From NCBI GenBank assembly GCA_963575745.1, contig CAUYUJ010000176.1:1-64000 (forward strand): 64,000 nt of DNA, written 5' to 3'. Of this stretch, positions 41,046 to 52,295 are shown one piece after another. Position numbers and translations under genes: made by a program. This DNA is from Prorocentrum cordatum. Taxonomy: Eukaryota. The notes under the pieces are model-generated. The model was not told the origin of the DNA. It did not search any database and saw only the letters and a list, made by a program, of their open reading frames with translations. The first letter of the stretch is position 1; each line of letters starts with the position of its first letter.

Positions 41046-42229
41046 AGTGTTTTGCAAGTGTTAAGTTTTTGCGTTGTGCCCCATTGTGTGTTTCTGCTTT
41101 TGCTGTGCACCGTATGAGATGCACATGTGGATCATCTGGCTAGACGCTCATTTACAGATCCCAAATACAATCTTACATTTAAAACAGGATGCACATATGG
41201 GGAGCTCCACGCACTGAGTAATTGTTATATCTGTATATATGATTTCGTCATGTGCGTGCGCGTGTGGGTGTTGTGCATTGCTGTTGTCATTGATTTATGA
41301 AGATTCTAGATTGAGGTACACGGGTGTGCGCGAATACTACTATCTGAAAAAAGCGTAAGGGGGATGGCGATATTTGGCCTAGCCTGGATGGTATAGATAC
41401 TTATGGGTCAGGGTCATGAACGATCGGGTCGAGTCACATGTAATTTGCAGTGTCCCAGGGGGACCGAGTACCCCGGGAGGGGGGATTGTAGAGTGTATTC
41501 TTCTTTTGACAGGAGACTGGGTATTCCGGACTGGGCTTGAGATTTCAGGGCCCCCTCTTTCTCTTCCCATACATGCTCGCGTGGTAAAGCAAACTACGAC
41601 AGGAGTTTTTTGGTCGCTTTCGGCCTCTGGGGGTCTTCACCGGGCCCCAGGACCGTCGAATAACGGTAGGTTTTCCATAACGAGTCGATTCGGGATGAAA
41701 ATCCGGCCCCAGGAAAAAGGGTACTTTGGGCTGGGGTCCCCTTCCCCCACCCCAGGTTCGAATCCCCCCCCCTGCAGCTCAGGGGGGGGGGCCTTCCACT
41801 GGTTCGAACTCCCCCCCTTGAGGTGGGGGGAACGCCCCCAGGCCCCCCCCCGTGCATCTCAAGGGGGGGCGCCCTGTTCGACCCCCCCTCACTTCCCAGT
41901 GTCCAAAGAACGCGCTCTGTCATACGTCTAAGGCCTCCTCCCATCTTCATCCTCTGCAGCATCCCTCCTCTCTTCCACTCGTCGCAGTGTGCCCAGGACC
42001 GGGCGCCACCCGCGCCGGCTACTTGAAGGCCTTGGCGACCGCTCTCGCCGATGACCAACAAGCGTGAAGACATGGGCGTATCAGGGAGGGCCTCGCTCGC
42101 GTTCCAGGGCCGAAGGAGATGCCATGCTCTCCCTGACGGAGCTTGGCGGAGTCGCGGCGGAAGCCAAAGGGGGGCGGAGCCGCCAGCGGGAGCCAGCGGA
42201 AGGGCCGGCGGAAGACGTCGGAGGTAAAT

Positions 42230-42363
42230 CAGGAGGAGAAAAAACACACAGACATAATTAATCGTCGATCCCCCAGAAAATATGGCAAAAACCCAGAAAA
42301 TATAGGAAAATATGGGGAATCATTTTATTTGTGTGTATTTATTTGTGTGTCCTGGGGCCCCTT
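42230..42363 (+). mobile_element. CAGGAGGG...GGGGCCCCTT element, copy 4
   Basis: Shared termini and core. Confidence 0.75.
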
Positions 42364-42601
42364 GAGTAAAGTGCGTTCCCCCATGAGATGACAACAATTT
42401 TGTGTTCATGGTTTCCGGAACCCTCCATCTGGTCTTTTGGCGAGCACGTCGGCATGGCGACGCTATCTTTGGTTGCGATATCTGCGTTCTCATTCGTGTG
42501 CGTTCGTGCGCCCGAGCGGATCCGGTACGGAGGCATGAGGCACGGGGAGGACGGCGGGTGTTGCTAGAATCACCGAGCGCGTTTCATTTCTCGCAAAGTG
42601 C

Positions 42602-42690
42602 CTACTCGCAAACGTCCGAAGAAACATGTGTTTGCCTCGATGTAGTGGATCGCCGATCCCCCGCGGCGGATCCAGGCCATTTGCGAGTAG
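42602..42690. mobile_element. CTACTCGCAAA-TIR mini-element
   Basis: Perfect 11-bp TIR ctactcgcaaa / tttgcgagtag. Confidence 0.65.
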
Positions 42691-42990
42691 TTTCTTTGCG
42701 AGTAGTTCAACGCGCTCGTCTAGTCGGGTGTTGCTAGAAGCAACCCCTGGCCCAAGGTGCCCCCAGGATTTCCAAGGAGGCCCGCACGGCCTCCAGACCA
42801 CCCCACCACGAGGGCCCGATCTTCTCCCCGGGGGCTCCCAACAGGGCGCGAGAGGCTGCGGGCACCTTGCGCCAAGGGCACCTTTGAGCAGCCCATGGGA
42901 GGATGGAGCAGTCGAGGGAGCGAGGAGGAGGAGGAGGAGAAGGAGGAGGAGATGGGATGTCGGGGCAAGGCGAGGCACGCGCCCGCGCAG

Positions 42991-43035
42991 GCTTGGCGCC
43001 AGCTGCGCGACACCTACCTGGACATCTGGGCCGAG
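42991..43035 (+). CDS. Host gene exon C (AWRQLRDTYLDIWAE)
   Basis: CAG|G acceptor, GAG|GC donor, 45 nt, phase 0/0, GC3-rich. Confidence 0.8.
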
Positions 43036-43066
43036 GCCCCGTCCGCGGTCTGCGGCTGCCGTTCGT

Positions 43067-43438
43067 CAGGAGGGGAAAGAACACACAGACACAAGTAATC
43101 GTCGACTCCAAGGAGAATATGGGAAAATATAGGAAGTGGGGGGGAAGACAAAAACCCAGAAAAGATTGGAAAATATGGCAAACCCTGTTCTTTGTGTGAA
43201 TGTGTGTGTGTGTGTGTGAATGTGTGTGCGCGTGTGTGTGTGTGTGTGTGTGTGCGTGTGTGCGTGTGCGTGTGCGTGTGCGTGTGCGTGTGCGTGTGCG
43301 TGTGCGTGTGCGTGTGCGTGTGCGTGTGCGTGTGCGTGTGCTTGTGCGTGTGCGTGTGCGTGTGCGTGTGCGTGTGCGTGTGCGTGTGCGTGTGCGTGTG
43401 CGTGTGCGTGTGCGTGTGCGTGTGCGTGTGCGTGTGCG

Positions 43439-43470
<32 letters not shown>

Positions 43471-43492
43471 GGTGTGTGTGTTTGGGCCCCTT
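43067..43492 (+). mobile_element. CAGGAGGG...GGGGCCCCTT element, copy 5, with internal (GCGTGT)n expansion
   Basis: Same termini; the TG tract is expanded to ~290 bp. Confidence 0.75.
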
Positions 43493-43942
43493 CAGTTCGG
43501 GCGCTCTCTCGCTGCAGAGGGGCGCCTCGGCGACCCGGGGTGCAGACCAGCGGTCAAGCCTTGGGAGCTCTGCGTTGTGCCAGTTTTCGGTTCGAGAGCA
43601 GCCTTCACGTTGGAGGGTTGCGCTGAGGATCTTCCTGGTCGGACTCTCCACTCATCGAGTGCGTCCCACTACTCGCAAAGTGCCCACCTCGAATACGTTC
43701 GAACAAACGCACACATGCTTGCCTCTAAGTAGCTGATCGTAAATGCCCCGCGGTGGATCCAGGCCATTTGCGAACAGTGACTTCGCGAGCAGCGAAACGC
43801 GCTTGTCACTGTCTACCCACCGTGGCGTTGCCCTGGGCACCTCCATGGGGCCTGGCCCTCGCTGAAGGAGCTCATGTTCCTGACCCACGTTCCAGTGACC
43901 ATGCTTCGGCTGTCGTGGCAGACATGCCGCCCAATGGGTTCC

Positions 43943-43960
43943 AAACCTTGAAGCAAGGGC
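43943..43960 (+). repeat. Target-site duplication, left (aaaccttgaagcaagggc)
   Basis: Exact match to 49289-49306. Confidence 0.9.
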
Positions 43961-43982
43961 GCCGTGGCAATTTTGGCTCGAG
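43961..43982 (+). other. Relic dinoflagellate spliced leader (DinoSL)
   Basis: GCCGTGGCAATTTTGGCTCGAG vs DCCGTAGCCATTTTGGCTCAAG: 19/22, ungapped, abutting the TSD. Confidence 0.85.
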
Positions 43983-44046
43983 TTCAAACCGCGGGACCTC
44001 GGCGGCTTGAGCTTGTTCGCAGCCGAGAGGTCTGGGCCAAGGCTGC

Positions 44047-45256
44047 GTGCCTTCAGGGTGGTTTTTAGCATGGTGCCAGGTTGAAGGGTCACCAAGGGTC
44101 CGCCCAGCTGGCACCTCTCTTCGCCTGCACAGCACTTTGGCAAGGATAGGGCGCAAGGGCGTCAGAAGGACTGGGAAGAGTGTCGCACGACGTGAGCACC
44201 GTCATCGCGAGAGCTCGCACTCTTCTTCGTCAGATAGCTCTAACAGCAGGAGCCGAGGGACACGTTCCCTCACACGATCGAGGTCGACATCGGCACCGTC
44301 GACGAGTGACAGAACAGATCAGCCGCGTGCGCCAGATTCTGCGCCAGAGTGGGTGACAGGGCTGATCACGAACACCAGAGATAGCAACACGAGGCTTGAA
44401 CAGATGGAGATGACTATGGTGGCTCAGATCAGCACGATGATGGCGACCATGGAAGTGCAGGACAGCAACATCCCGCAGATGGGGGGCAGGCTCCAGGCGC
44501 TGGAGCAAATGCAGAATGGGGTGCTTACAGAGGCGGTGCTGACGGCGATCGGGTGCACTATGAATGCGAAGTTGGAGGTGTCCAAGTGCAGCTTGACGAC
44601 CTGCAGAAGGCGACAGTGCCGACCACAGGTGTCCATCAGAGGGTCGTCTCGACCGAGAAGAAGTTGGCGGGTGAGAAGGGTCGGCCGTCCAGGCCGGGCT
44701 CTGGTGCTGCTAGTGGTTCAGCCACGGAGCAGGAAGGCGCTTGCAGGCTGATTCTTGTCGGGTTCCTTGCCCGTTGATGGGCAAGATACTGAGGAGGGCG
44801 GCGGAAGCGTTTCGGGATGCACGCTCGCCTGAGCACGAGAGGAGTAGCATAATGACCACGGCCTCCGACATGTCCAGGAAGGCAGTCCTCGAGTTCAACA
44901 GCCCGAGCCGATGCTCGGACTTCATCGCGAAGTTTCGCGCCCTGGATGGGTTTCGGTTCCAGAGCCCGGTAGACTCGGAGGCGAAGTACACTCCGAGGCG
45001 GAAGCGGGGCAGCAGCCAGCAGGGAAGGAGGCTCTTCTTCATCATGGGCCCCGTGCGCAAAGTGATCAGTGAGGCCCTGGGGGGCAGGTGCGAATGCGAC
45101 TCGAACGGGTTCGGAGGGGCCATATATTCGCTGCTCAAGCAGAGTGCCCGACGACGCTTGTGCAGCTCAAGCTGGAGGGTGAGGAGGTGCAACATGCGGC
45201 CCATGAGCAGGGTTTCGGTAGCTTCGGCATCCAGGATGCGATTCCTGCGGCGCTAG
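44047..45256 (+). pseudogene. LINE ORF1-like (basic/Ser-rich, coiled-coil-like, then possible RRM-like region), frameshifted
   Basis: RLEQMEMTMVAQISTM...RLQALEQMQ heptad-like segment, followed by RLILVGF and KAVLEFNSPSRCSDFI; lies upstream of EN. Confidence 0.55.
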
Positions 45257-45599
45257 CTGCCCTCACTGTGCCCATTCAGCCCGTTCTCAATCGGCGTTGA
45301 CGGTCAGTCAGAGACGCGTGCCGAGGCCCGCGCGCTGCCGGGGCGCCTGCGCGAAGATGCGCGCGAAGGCGGCAGGCTTTATCAGCGCGTCCAAACTGTG
45401 ATTGCTTCGCATAGCGCTTTCTTAGATAGCGGCCCGTCGGCGGGGTCTCCTGGCGGGTTAACTTCTCCCCCCGCCGCTGGCTCGCCCCCTCTGGGAGCGT
45501 CCAGGACTTCTGCTGAATCCCTGAAGCCTTCGTTTCGGAATATTGGCCTTAGGTTCTTTCCTTTGGCGGACCCCGCGGGGCGTCCGGGCGCTGTCCCTG

Positions 45600-48500
45600 C
45601 GGTTAGAGGTGTCTCGTATAGTCCACCCTTCGGTGTGCGCTTGGAACGCCCATGGGCTATTTGGGAGGATGCGGGGTGGGAGTTGCACTTGCGCGAGGAA
45701 ATGCGGTTGCGGTCTTGGTCATTGTGCCAGGCGATGTTGTGCGTCTGCAAGTGTGCCGCGGACATGTAGGGGATGCGGCTGCGTTGCTTCGTCGGTTGAA
45801 ATCCGTAGCGATTGGAGCCAGCTTCTTAGATCTCAATGCAGCAGGGGGAGTTGTCGCCATCATCCGCGAGCGCCTCAGGAGAGAGTTTTCTTGCATTTGA
45901 CATCCGCTTCTGGGGGGCGGGAGGGCCATTGCCACGTGGATGGATGGAAGGAAGTGGTCGATGACCATGTGCCCAATGCCAATATGGGCGCGCCTATCTA
46001 CGCTGCCTGTTTGCGCAGAGTCCGCGACAATTTGCCATGGGGCGCCCGCTCTCTCAACCTTATTGTTGTGGATTGGAATTTCACCATGTGGGGGGGGGTG
46101 GATGACTGAAGATGGGCTGCGGTGGGGCGAGGGGGGTCGGGTGCATCTCGGGCTCTTCGATTCTCCGCGCGCCGACAGGTTTGAACGTGCGCAGTATGAA
46201 CCGACGCGGCTTGGATGGAGCGCTGACCGCTCGACCCGGCACACAGCTAGGCTGGGCAGGGTGTATTCTGATGCGCCGTCGGCGGCGCCGGCGGATGCGA
46301 CTGTGCGCGCCTCAGTCCACGGCTCATTTCAACGCTGCTCATCAGATCATAGGCCGATGGTCGTCGTTCTGGAGGCATTCAACCCGGGGGGGGGTCGTTG
46401 CGTCCCTGCGCGGTTGCGACGCACGGACGAGCATCGCCGAGCTGCGTCGGATACGTTAGCTGCCACTCCGACTGGTCTACACCAACCGCGCGGCTCACGC
46501 TCGCCAAGGCGCGCCTGGGGGAGCTCGTCGCTGCAGCTAGGGAGGCGGCGCGCGGGCGGCCTGCAAAGTGCCCTCAGGAATAGCACTATTGGATTATGAA
46601 TGCTCTTAGGGAGGGCGCGGCTTGGGCGATTCATTGCGTGCGCGCGCGGTCGTTGCGCACCCTGCCGCGCTACGATTCTTCGATTAGGGGCGGATGTACC
46701 GCGCGGACCTGGAGGGGCCATGTCAGCACGCTAGACAGTTACAGCTCGAGCACATTGTTAACCGGGAGAGGGAGATTCAGCGTGGAGGGACGCCGGGAAT
46801 TACGGAGGAGAAGGAGGCTGCGCGAGAACCTGAAGAGCAAGCTGCGTCGAACGCGGCAGTTCTGGCAGCAGTTTAAGAGACGTGTTTTTCTCGATGGAGC
46901 GCGGGGCCAGGATGGCAGCGCGCGTGCGTCGACCGACGCTGCCAGCAATGCGCTCGCGGAGCATTTTTCTGGAGGGGTCTTTCGCTAGATGCAGGAAGAT
47001 CGAGCGCTTTGACCTGGAGCTTGAGCACTGTCTGCACGTTGATGGGCTCGAGCCCGGACGCCGCCCAGAGCGGCGGTTTGCGCGTGAGGAGCTTGGCCGT
47101 GAGATTCGGAAGGGGGGGGGGCGCCGTCCCTGGGGGGGATGGGACGCCGCGTGCTGCTTGGCAGGCGGGCTGCTTTACGATGCGCGCGCCGAGTTGTTTG
47201 ACAGTGGGAGCGAGACGCCCCTTGCGAACATGCGCGAGATGCTGCTCTGTTTGTTGCCAGAAGGTGCTCGTGCCGAGGACAGGGCAAGCGGTGTCTCCCG
47301 AGCTCCTGGGGCCGCGCGGCCTTTAGCCCTCTGCGACGCAGACGCCAAGGTCACGCCATTGGCCTTTGGAGCGCCGCTTGGTGCCATCGCGCCGCGCGCA
47401 GCTTATGTGGATCAACGGAGGGGGGGGTGCGCGGTCGGTCTATTGCGCCCAACATCGCGGTTGCAGACAGGCGGGGGGGGGGGGGGGATGCAACGACATG
47501 TGGGTGGGTGCCGGAACGGTGTTCAGATATTTACGGACTCTGCGGCAGCGTTTCCCTCGATCCACCTTGCTTGGATCCTGAGAGTGCTCGAGTGCATGGG
47601 CGCCCCCGAGCAGATCGGTTTATGCTTGTGCTCTGTATGCCGACAATACCGGAACCAACATGTTGAGGGGGGGATGATTTCTGAACATGCGATTGAGGTC
47701 GGAAGGAGGGTTCGGCAGGGTGGCCTTTCGAGCGTGCGCCTGTTTGCCGCGGCGACAGATCCAGCCCCACGGTGGCTCGCGTGGAACGGTAGTGAGCGCG
47801 TGGACAGAATGTCTGCGCATTGTGATGACCTTATTTTTTTATCCCTAATGCCGAGTGCGGGCTTCGGCCGATTCTTGGGCTCCTCGGGGATTTGGAGGGC
47901 GCGGTTGGATTGCGCCTCAACTTTCGGGAATGCGTTGTGCTTGTGGTGGGGGGCGCTTCTCTGGAGGCTATCGCTACCCTCGCGGGTCGATTGGGGGCCA
48001 GTTGTGGGCGCGTGGCGGTTGCGCGCGCGGTCAAATATTTTGGGGCGGTGATCGGGCCAGAGGGCCCAGCCAGAGCTGAGGGCGAGGCTATCCCCGAGCT
48101 GCTGGATGGGACGATGGCCGCACGGCATGCTGGGCTTGGCCTTCCGTTGGGCATGCGCACATTTCATGTCCTCCGCTTGTCTCTCCTGCAGTACATCTTC
48201 CAAGTCTATGTCCCACCTCGCGCGCTCCTCGTTGCCTATCGGCAATGCGCCCAATTGTTGACGAATGGGCCGTGGAACGCCATGTCCACGGGGTTGTTGG
48301 AAGGCCTTCGTATGTGTGGTGGTGGGGTCAGTTCGACGCACTTCCCGTGCGCGAGCATTACGGCGCGTGCACGGCGCGCGGCACAGTGCCACGAGCATCC
48401 TGCAGAGCTTGGGCAGGTGCGAGCCTCTATTCGTTCAGATGAATGTTGCATTGTACGTGGGATGTGGGGATGATGGAAGGAATGCATCACTTACCAGATG

Positions 48501-49140
48501 GGGGAAGCCAGGAGGGGGGGGCGATGCCTGCGTTGCTTGTGCTTGATCCGCCGCCGCGCACGCCGAGGAAAACAATGCAGATCGCAAACTTTATGCTCAC
48601 CTGTTGAGGATGTATCGTCGTCCTTGCCGTAGTGCACTCGATATTCTGAAAGCCCGCGTCGATCGGTGGCTCCCCGAAGTAGACATTGATGATCTTACCA
48701 GCATTTCGTATCGTCTTTTGTGTGTGTGTGTCGTGTTGCGAACCCCTACTTTGCGATGACATAAGTACGGTTCGCGTGTCGGGGACTGTGCGGCGGCGCT
48801 CTTGCAGACGGTGGCGAGGAGGTGCATGTTCGGGCGCCGAGGGAACCAGGCCAGAAACTGCCTCAGACACTACTCAGTATGCCTTCGGCTTCGCGAGATG
48901 ATCGACCGATGGCTGCACGATGAAATACTTGCCCATGGGCATGATTGATTTTCCCCCCTCTGTTTTTGACACGCCTCAGTCAGGAAGCCGACGTTAGGCT
49001 TACCTCAGTATGTGATGCGTTGTATTTCGCGCGCAATGCCTGGAGGTGCGGTGCCACTGTTGCTCCGAAGTTGCTGTTTGAAGGCAGGCTGAGAGTTCGC
49101 TGCCGCTTGCATCCTGCGGTGCAGGCCGCCTGGAACCAGA
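45600..49140 (+). pseudogene. LINE ORF2 (endonuclease-reverse transcriptase), multiple frameshifts and stops
   Basis: EN: WNAHGL (45642), DWNF (46071), SDHRP (46342). RT: RPLALCDADAK, TDSAAAFPSI, VRQGG (47713), HCDDL (47821), VKYFG (48030). C-term: CMFG...CLRHYSVC (~48824-48883). Confidence 0.88.
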
Positions 49141-49288
49141 CGCCAGAGGTCGGGCAAGCTGGCGGCGGAAGTGGCAGTGGAAGAAACAGACCGCGAACGC
49201 CACCCAGCCTTGTCCCAGAGCGTACGCTCTCGGTTGTGTATTTTTTTCATTGTTGGGCCACCGCTGGGGAGGTGGTGGCAGGGGAAAA

Positions 49289-49306
49289 AAACCTTGAAGC
49301 AAGGGC
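49289..49306 (+). repeat. Target-site duplication, right
   Basis: aaaccttgaagcaagggc preceded by extra As (49285-49288). Confidence 0.9.
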
Positions 49307-51781
49307 GCGCGAAATTGTTCGCTCTGCACGCTGCGCGGTCCGGGCTCCGATTCCCCCTCGTCCTCCTCTTCCCCCCTTTGGGTGCGGCGCGAGAGCAGGA
49401 AGTTATTCGCGCTTCGCGCAGCGCGAAGCCAGAAACCAGGCGCCCGCGTGTTTCGACTGTCGTGCCAGAGGTGCCGTCAGACGGGGTCAAAACCTTGAAG
49501 CGGGGACCACGGCCGGCACGACGCGCACAGCCGCCGGTGTGCCTGCAGCGACTCACGCCCACGGGTCTTGACACTGTCGCGCACGGCACATTCACGACCG
49601 CATCTTCCTCTGCCTCTTTTCTCTCGGTCGCTCGTTCTCAACCTCCTTCTTTCGCACACAGGACCTCCTCTTTCTCGTGGCGCAGGGAGGAGTCGGACTG
49701 GGAAGTGAAGAGGAGGAAGGGAGGAGAGAGAATGATGATAATCATGAGGAGGAGGAGGAGGAGGAGGAGGAGGAGGAGGACGATGCGGAGAAAAACGGTA
49801 GTTGCGATGGCGTGCTATCTGGTGAGACTAAGAGTGGCATTCGTGCAATTTTTGTTTGCAGCCAACTGGAAGCCAACGGTGCCAATAACGGCGAGGTCAC
49901 CGCTGGTCCTGGCCGGCGACGCCAAGATGCGTTCCGTACCGTAGACCCCCTCCTTGTTTTTCTCCACCCGGTTTCTGATTACAGAAGCATGAGAATCCAG
50001 CGAATGTGCCCCTCTCCTCCACCTTCTCGGCCTCCTGCTCGCCATCCTTTTCGTCTAGACCCCTTATTCGCCCTTCTCCACATCGTTTTGCCCTTCCTCG
50101 TCCTTCTCCGCCTCCGCTTTCTCCTTGTCGTCCTCCTCCTTTTCCCTTTCCTCCTCCTCCTCCTCCTCCTCCTCCTCCTCCTCCTCCTCCAGCCTGACTC
50201 CCGCATAGATCTGGCCACCTTGATGCAGCACATGCGTGCTCTGTGGGTGCCTCGGTGGACAGTCGAGGCGTCTCTGCAGCGCTTCGCTGCAATGCATGAG
50301 AGACACGTCACGCACAGGCGAAGATTGGCAGCCGATGACCAGTGAGGATACGGTTCAGGCGTTCGTTGAGGAATGTGCCCAGGAGGCTGCAGACCCTGGA
50401 GGATTCCTTATCTGATGAAGGTGGCTGTGATATCCCTTGCCTATCCACTGTTGGATTTCCACAAGCTTCAGACCCTGTGTTCCTTTATCTGAGGGTTCTT
50501 TGTCCAATGCCCACACCGTATCTCGCGCTGCCTCCGCGGGGCCCGAGCCTCCACAGGCAGAGGCTCGATCAACCGACCTAGGCCCCTTGGACCTGCGCGC
50601 CTCCCACCCCCCGCCTCTCGATCGGAGCTCCTGATTCTGGCTCCAGGCCTGCGAGGAGGACGTCTCCTGGTCATGGCTCCTCCTCCCCCTCCCCCTCCTC
50701 CTCCTCCTCATCCTTCTTCTCCTCTTCCTCCTTCTCAATGGCCGCCGGTCCTCGAGGGGCTCCTCCCAAAGCCCGACACCGGGGGCGAGCGCGGCGTGGC
50801 CCTTCGCCCTTGGCCCATCCGCTTTGTTCTTGGGGGGGGGGGCCGGCTTCGTGGGAGCCCCGTGGGTGCGGCGGCGTGAGGCGCGAGCTGGGCCCCGGGA
50901 TGACGAGAGGCCGTCCGCGGGAGCTCGGCCCTCCACGTGTGCCCCGGCCCGCCGGCTCCGTGCCGAGCAGGGGTGGGCCTCAGCGGTGTTTGGGCGATTT
51001 CGTGGGCCGTTTTCGTTTCGATCTCGTTCTGCGTTCCAGGCGGACGGAAGGCAAGGCGAGGGAAAACGGAAGCAGAACGAAAACGAAGAGCGCCGCTTGG
51101 TGACAGCCCTGGTGCCGAGTCGCTGGCGGCCATGGGCTTCAGCAGCGGCAGCGTGCTCTGGGAGGGCGCAGCATTTGCGGACTCGCTCGACCCGCTACGG
51201 CCTTGCTCGCCTCCGCCCTCGAGCTTGGGTGCCGGGCTCGGACGGTCGGACCCTCGCGGACGAGTTGCCTCGCCCCTTGGTTCTCTCCGCACAGGGTGGA
51301 GGGGGGGCACTTCCGAGGCCATCGTGCCCACTGGGCCCCTCCTCACGGGGGAGGGAAGGGCCACCAATTAGGCACGTGCAGTCCTATATGACGTCTCGGT
51401 AGCGAATCAGGGGAGCCTGGTATACCCTCTTAATGCCGTCTTCAGCGTCGATTAGCGTCTGGGAGTCGATGAGATGTCGGCGATTTCGCGTCGATATGCG
51501 TCGCTTCAGCGTCGACTGGCGTCGGTTGGCGTCGATTCGCAAGAGCCGACAAGGTGGTATAGGAGACTCCCATGAGTCGCCACCGAAGGGGAGGGAAGGG
51601 CCAACAGTCTCGCACGTGCCGTCCCATATGACGTGCTGCAGGCTGTCCATGATGAGCAATTTCCCCCGCGCTGTGGTCAAGCAGTGGGCTGATGATGCGA
51701 ACACCGGAGGGGCCGAGGGCACGGCCCGACAGGTTCTCGATCTCCTCCCCCCAGGCCGCGGGCCGCTTTTGATCGCGAGGC

Positions 51782-52124
51782 CACGACAGTGGGCACTGAC
51801 GTCAGGTGTTTGAGGACTGCTCAGAAGGCCCAGGGACTTCCGAGCCTTGAGAAGGCTCGCCCATCCTCTTTTCCCCCCGGGCTGGCTTAGGGGAACAAGC
51901 AATGATATAAACGAAAACTCGGAGGTCCGCGCGGATTTCTCGGATCGGCGCTGGACCCCCCCTCCCTGGCGCGCGGAGCGCGCCAGGGGCGGCGCCGGAG
52001 GCGCCGCCGGGGGGCTCCAGCGAGCCCGGGGGGAAAAGAGGATGGGCGAGCCTTCTCAAGGCTCGGAAGTCCCCGGGCCTTCTGAGCAGTCCTCAAAACC
52101 CTGACGTCAGTGCCCACTGTCGTG
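51782..52124. mobile_element. Palindromic element with ~105-bp arms enclosing a partial ACTCGGAGG element
   Basis: cacgacagtgggcactgacgtcagg...ccccccgggct is mirrored by agcccggggggg...cctgacgtcagtgcccactgtcgtg. Confidence 0.85.
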
Positions 52125-52241
52125 TCATTGTCATTGTTCGTTCCCCCATGGCCGCCGCTCCCCGGGTCCCCGGGACACGACTCCGCGGCAGTCGGTGTGG
52201 ACCTGCTCTCCCGACCCCTCGGCTGCCACCCGCGCCGCCAG

Positions 52242-52295
52242 GCCGGCCTGAGCCGCTCCGCGGCCTCGGCCCGCCTGTCCGCCCTGGAGCGCAAG
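52242..52295 (+). CDS. Host gene exon D (AGLSRSAASARLSALERK); donor tentative
   Basis: CAG|G acceptor, AAG|GC donor, phase 0, all codons end in G/C. Confidence 0.7.

Larger units (their letters stand above)
43961..49288 (+). mobile_element. Full-length degenerate LINE (APE-EN/RT non-LTR retrotransposon), SL-capped
   Basis: TSD, 5' SL, ORF1, EN, RT, C-terminal Cys/His motif and terminal A-tract occur in the expected order. Confidence 0.88.

Noticed and set aside
50200..51780. Additional retroelement fragments (FLYLRVL, DSLQHVIWDGTC)
   Set aside because: Single weak motifs only; likely LINE debris but not enough to annotate.
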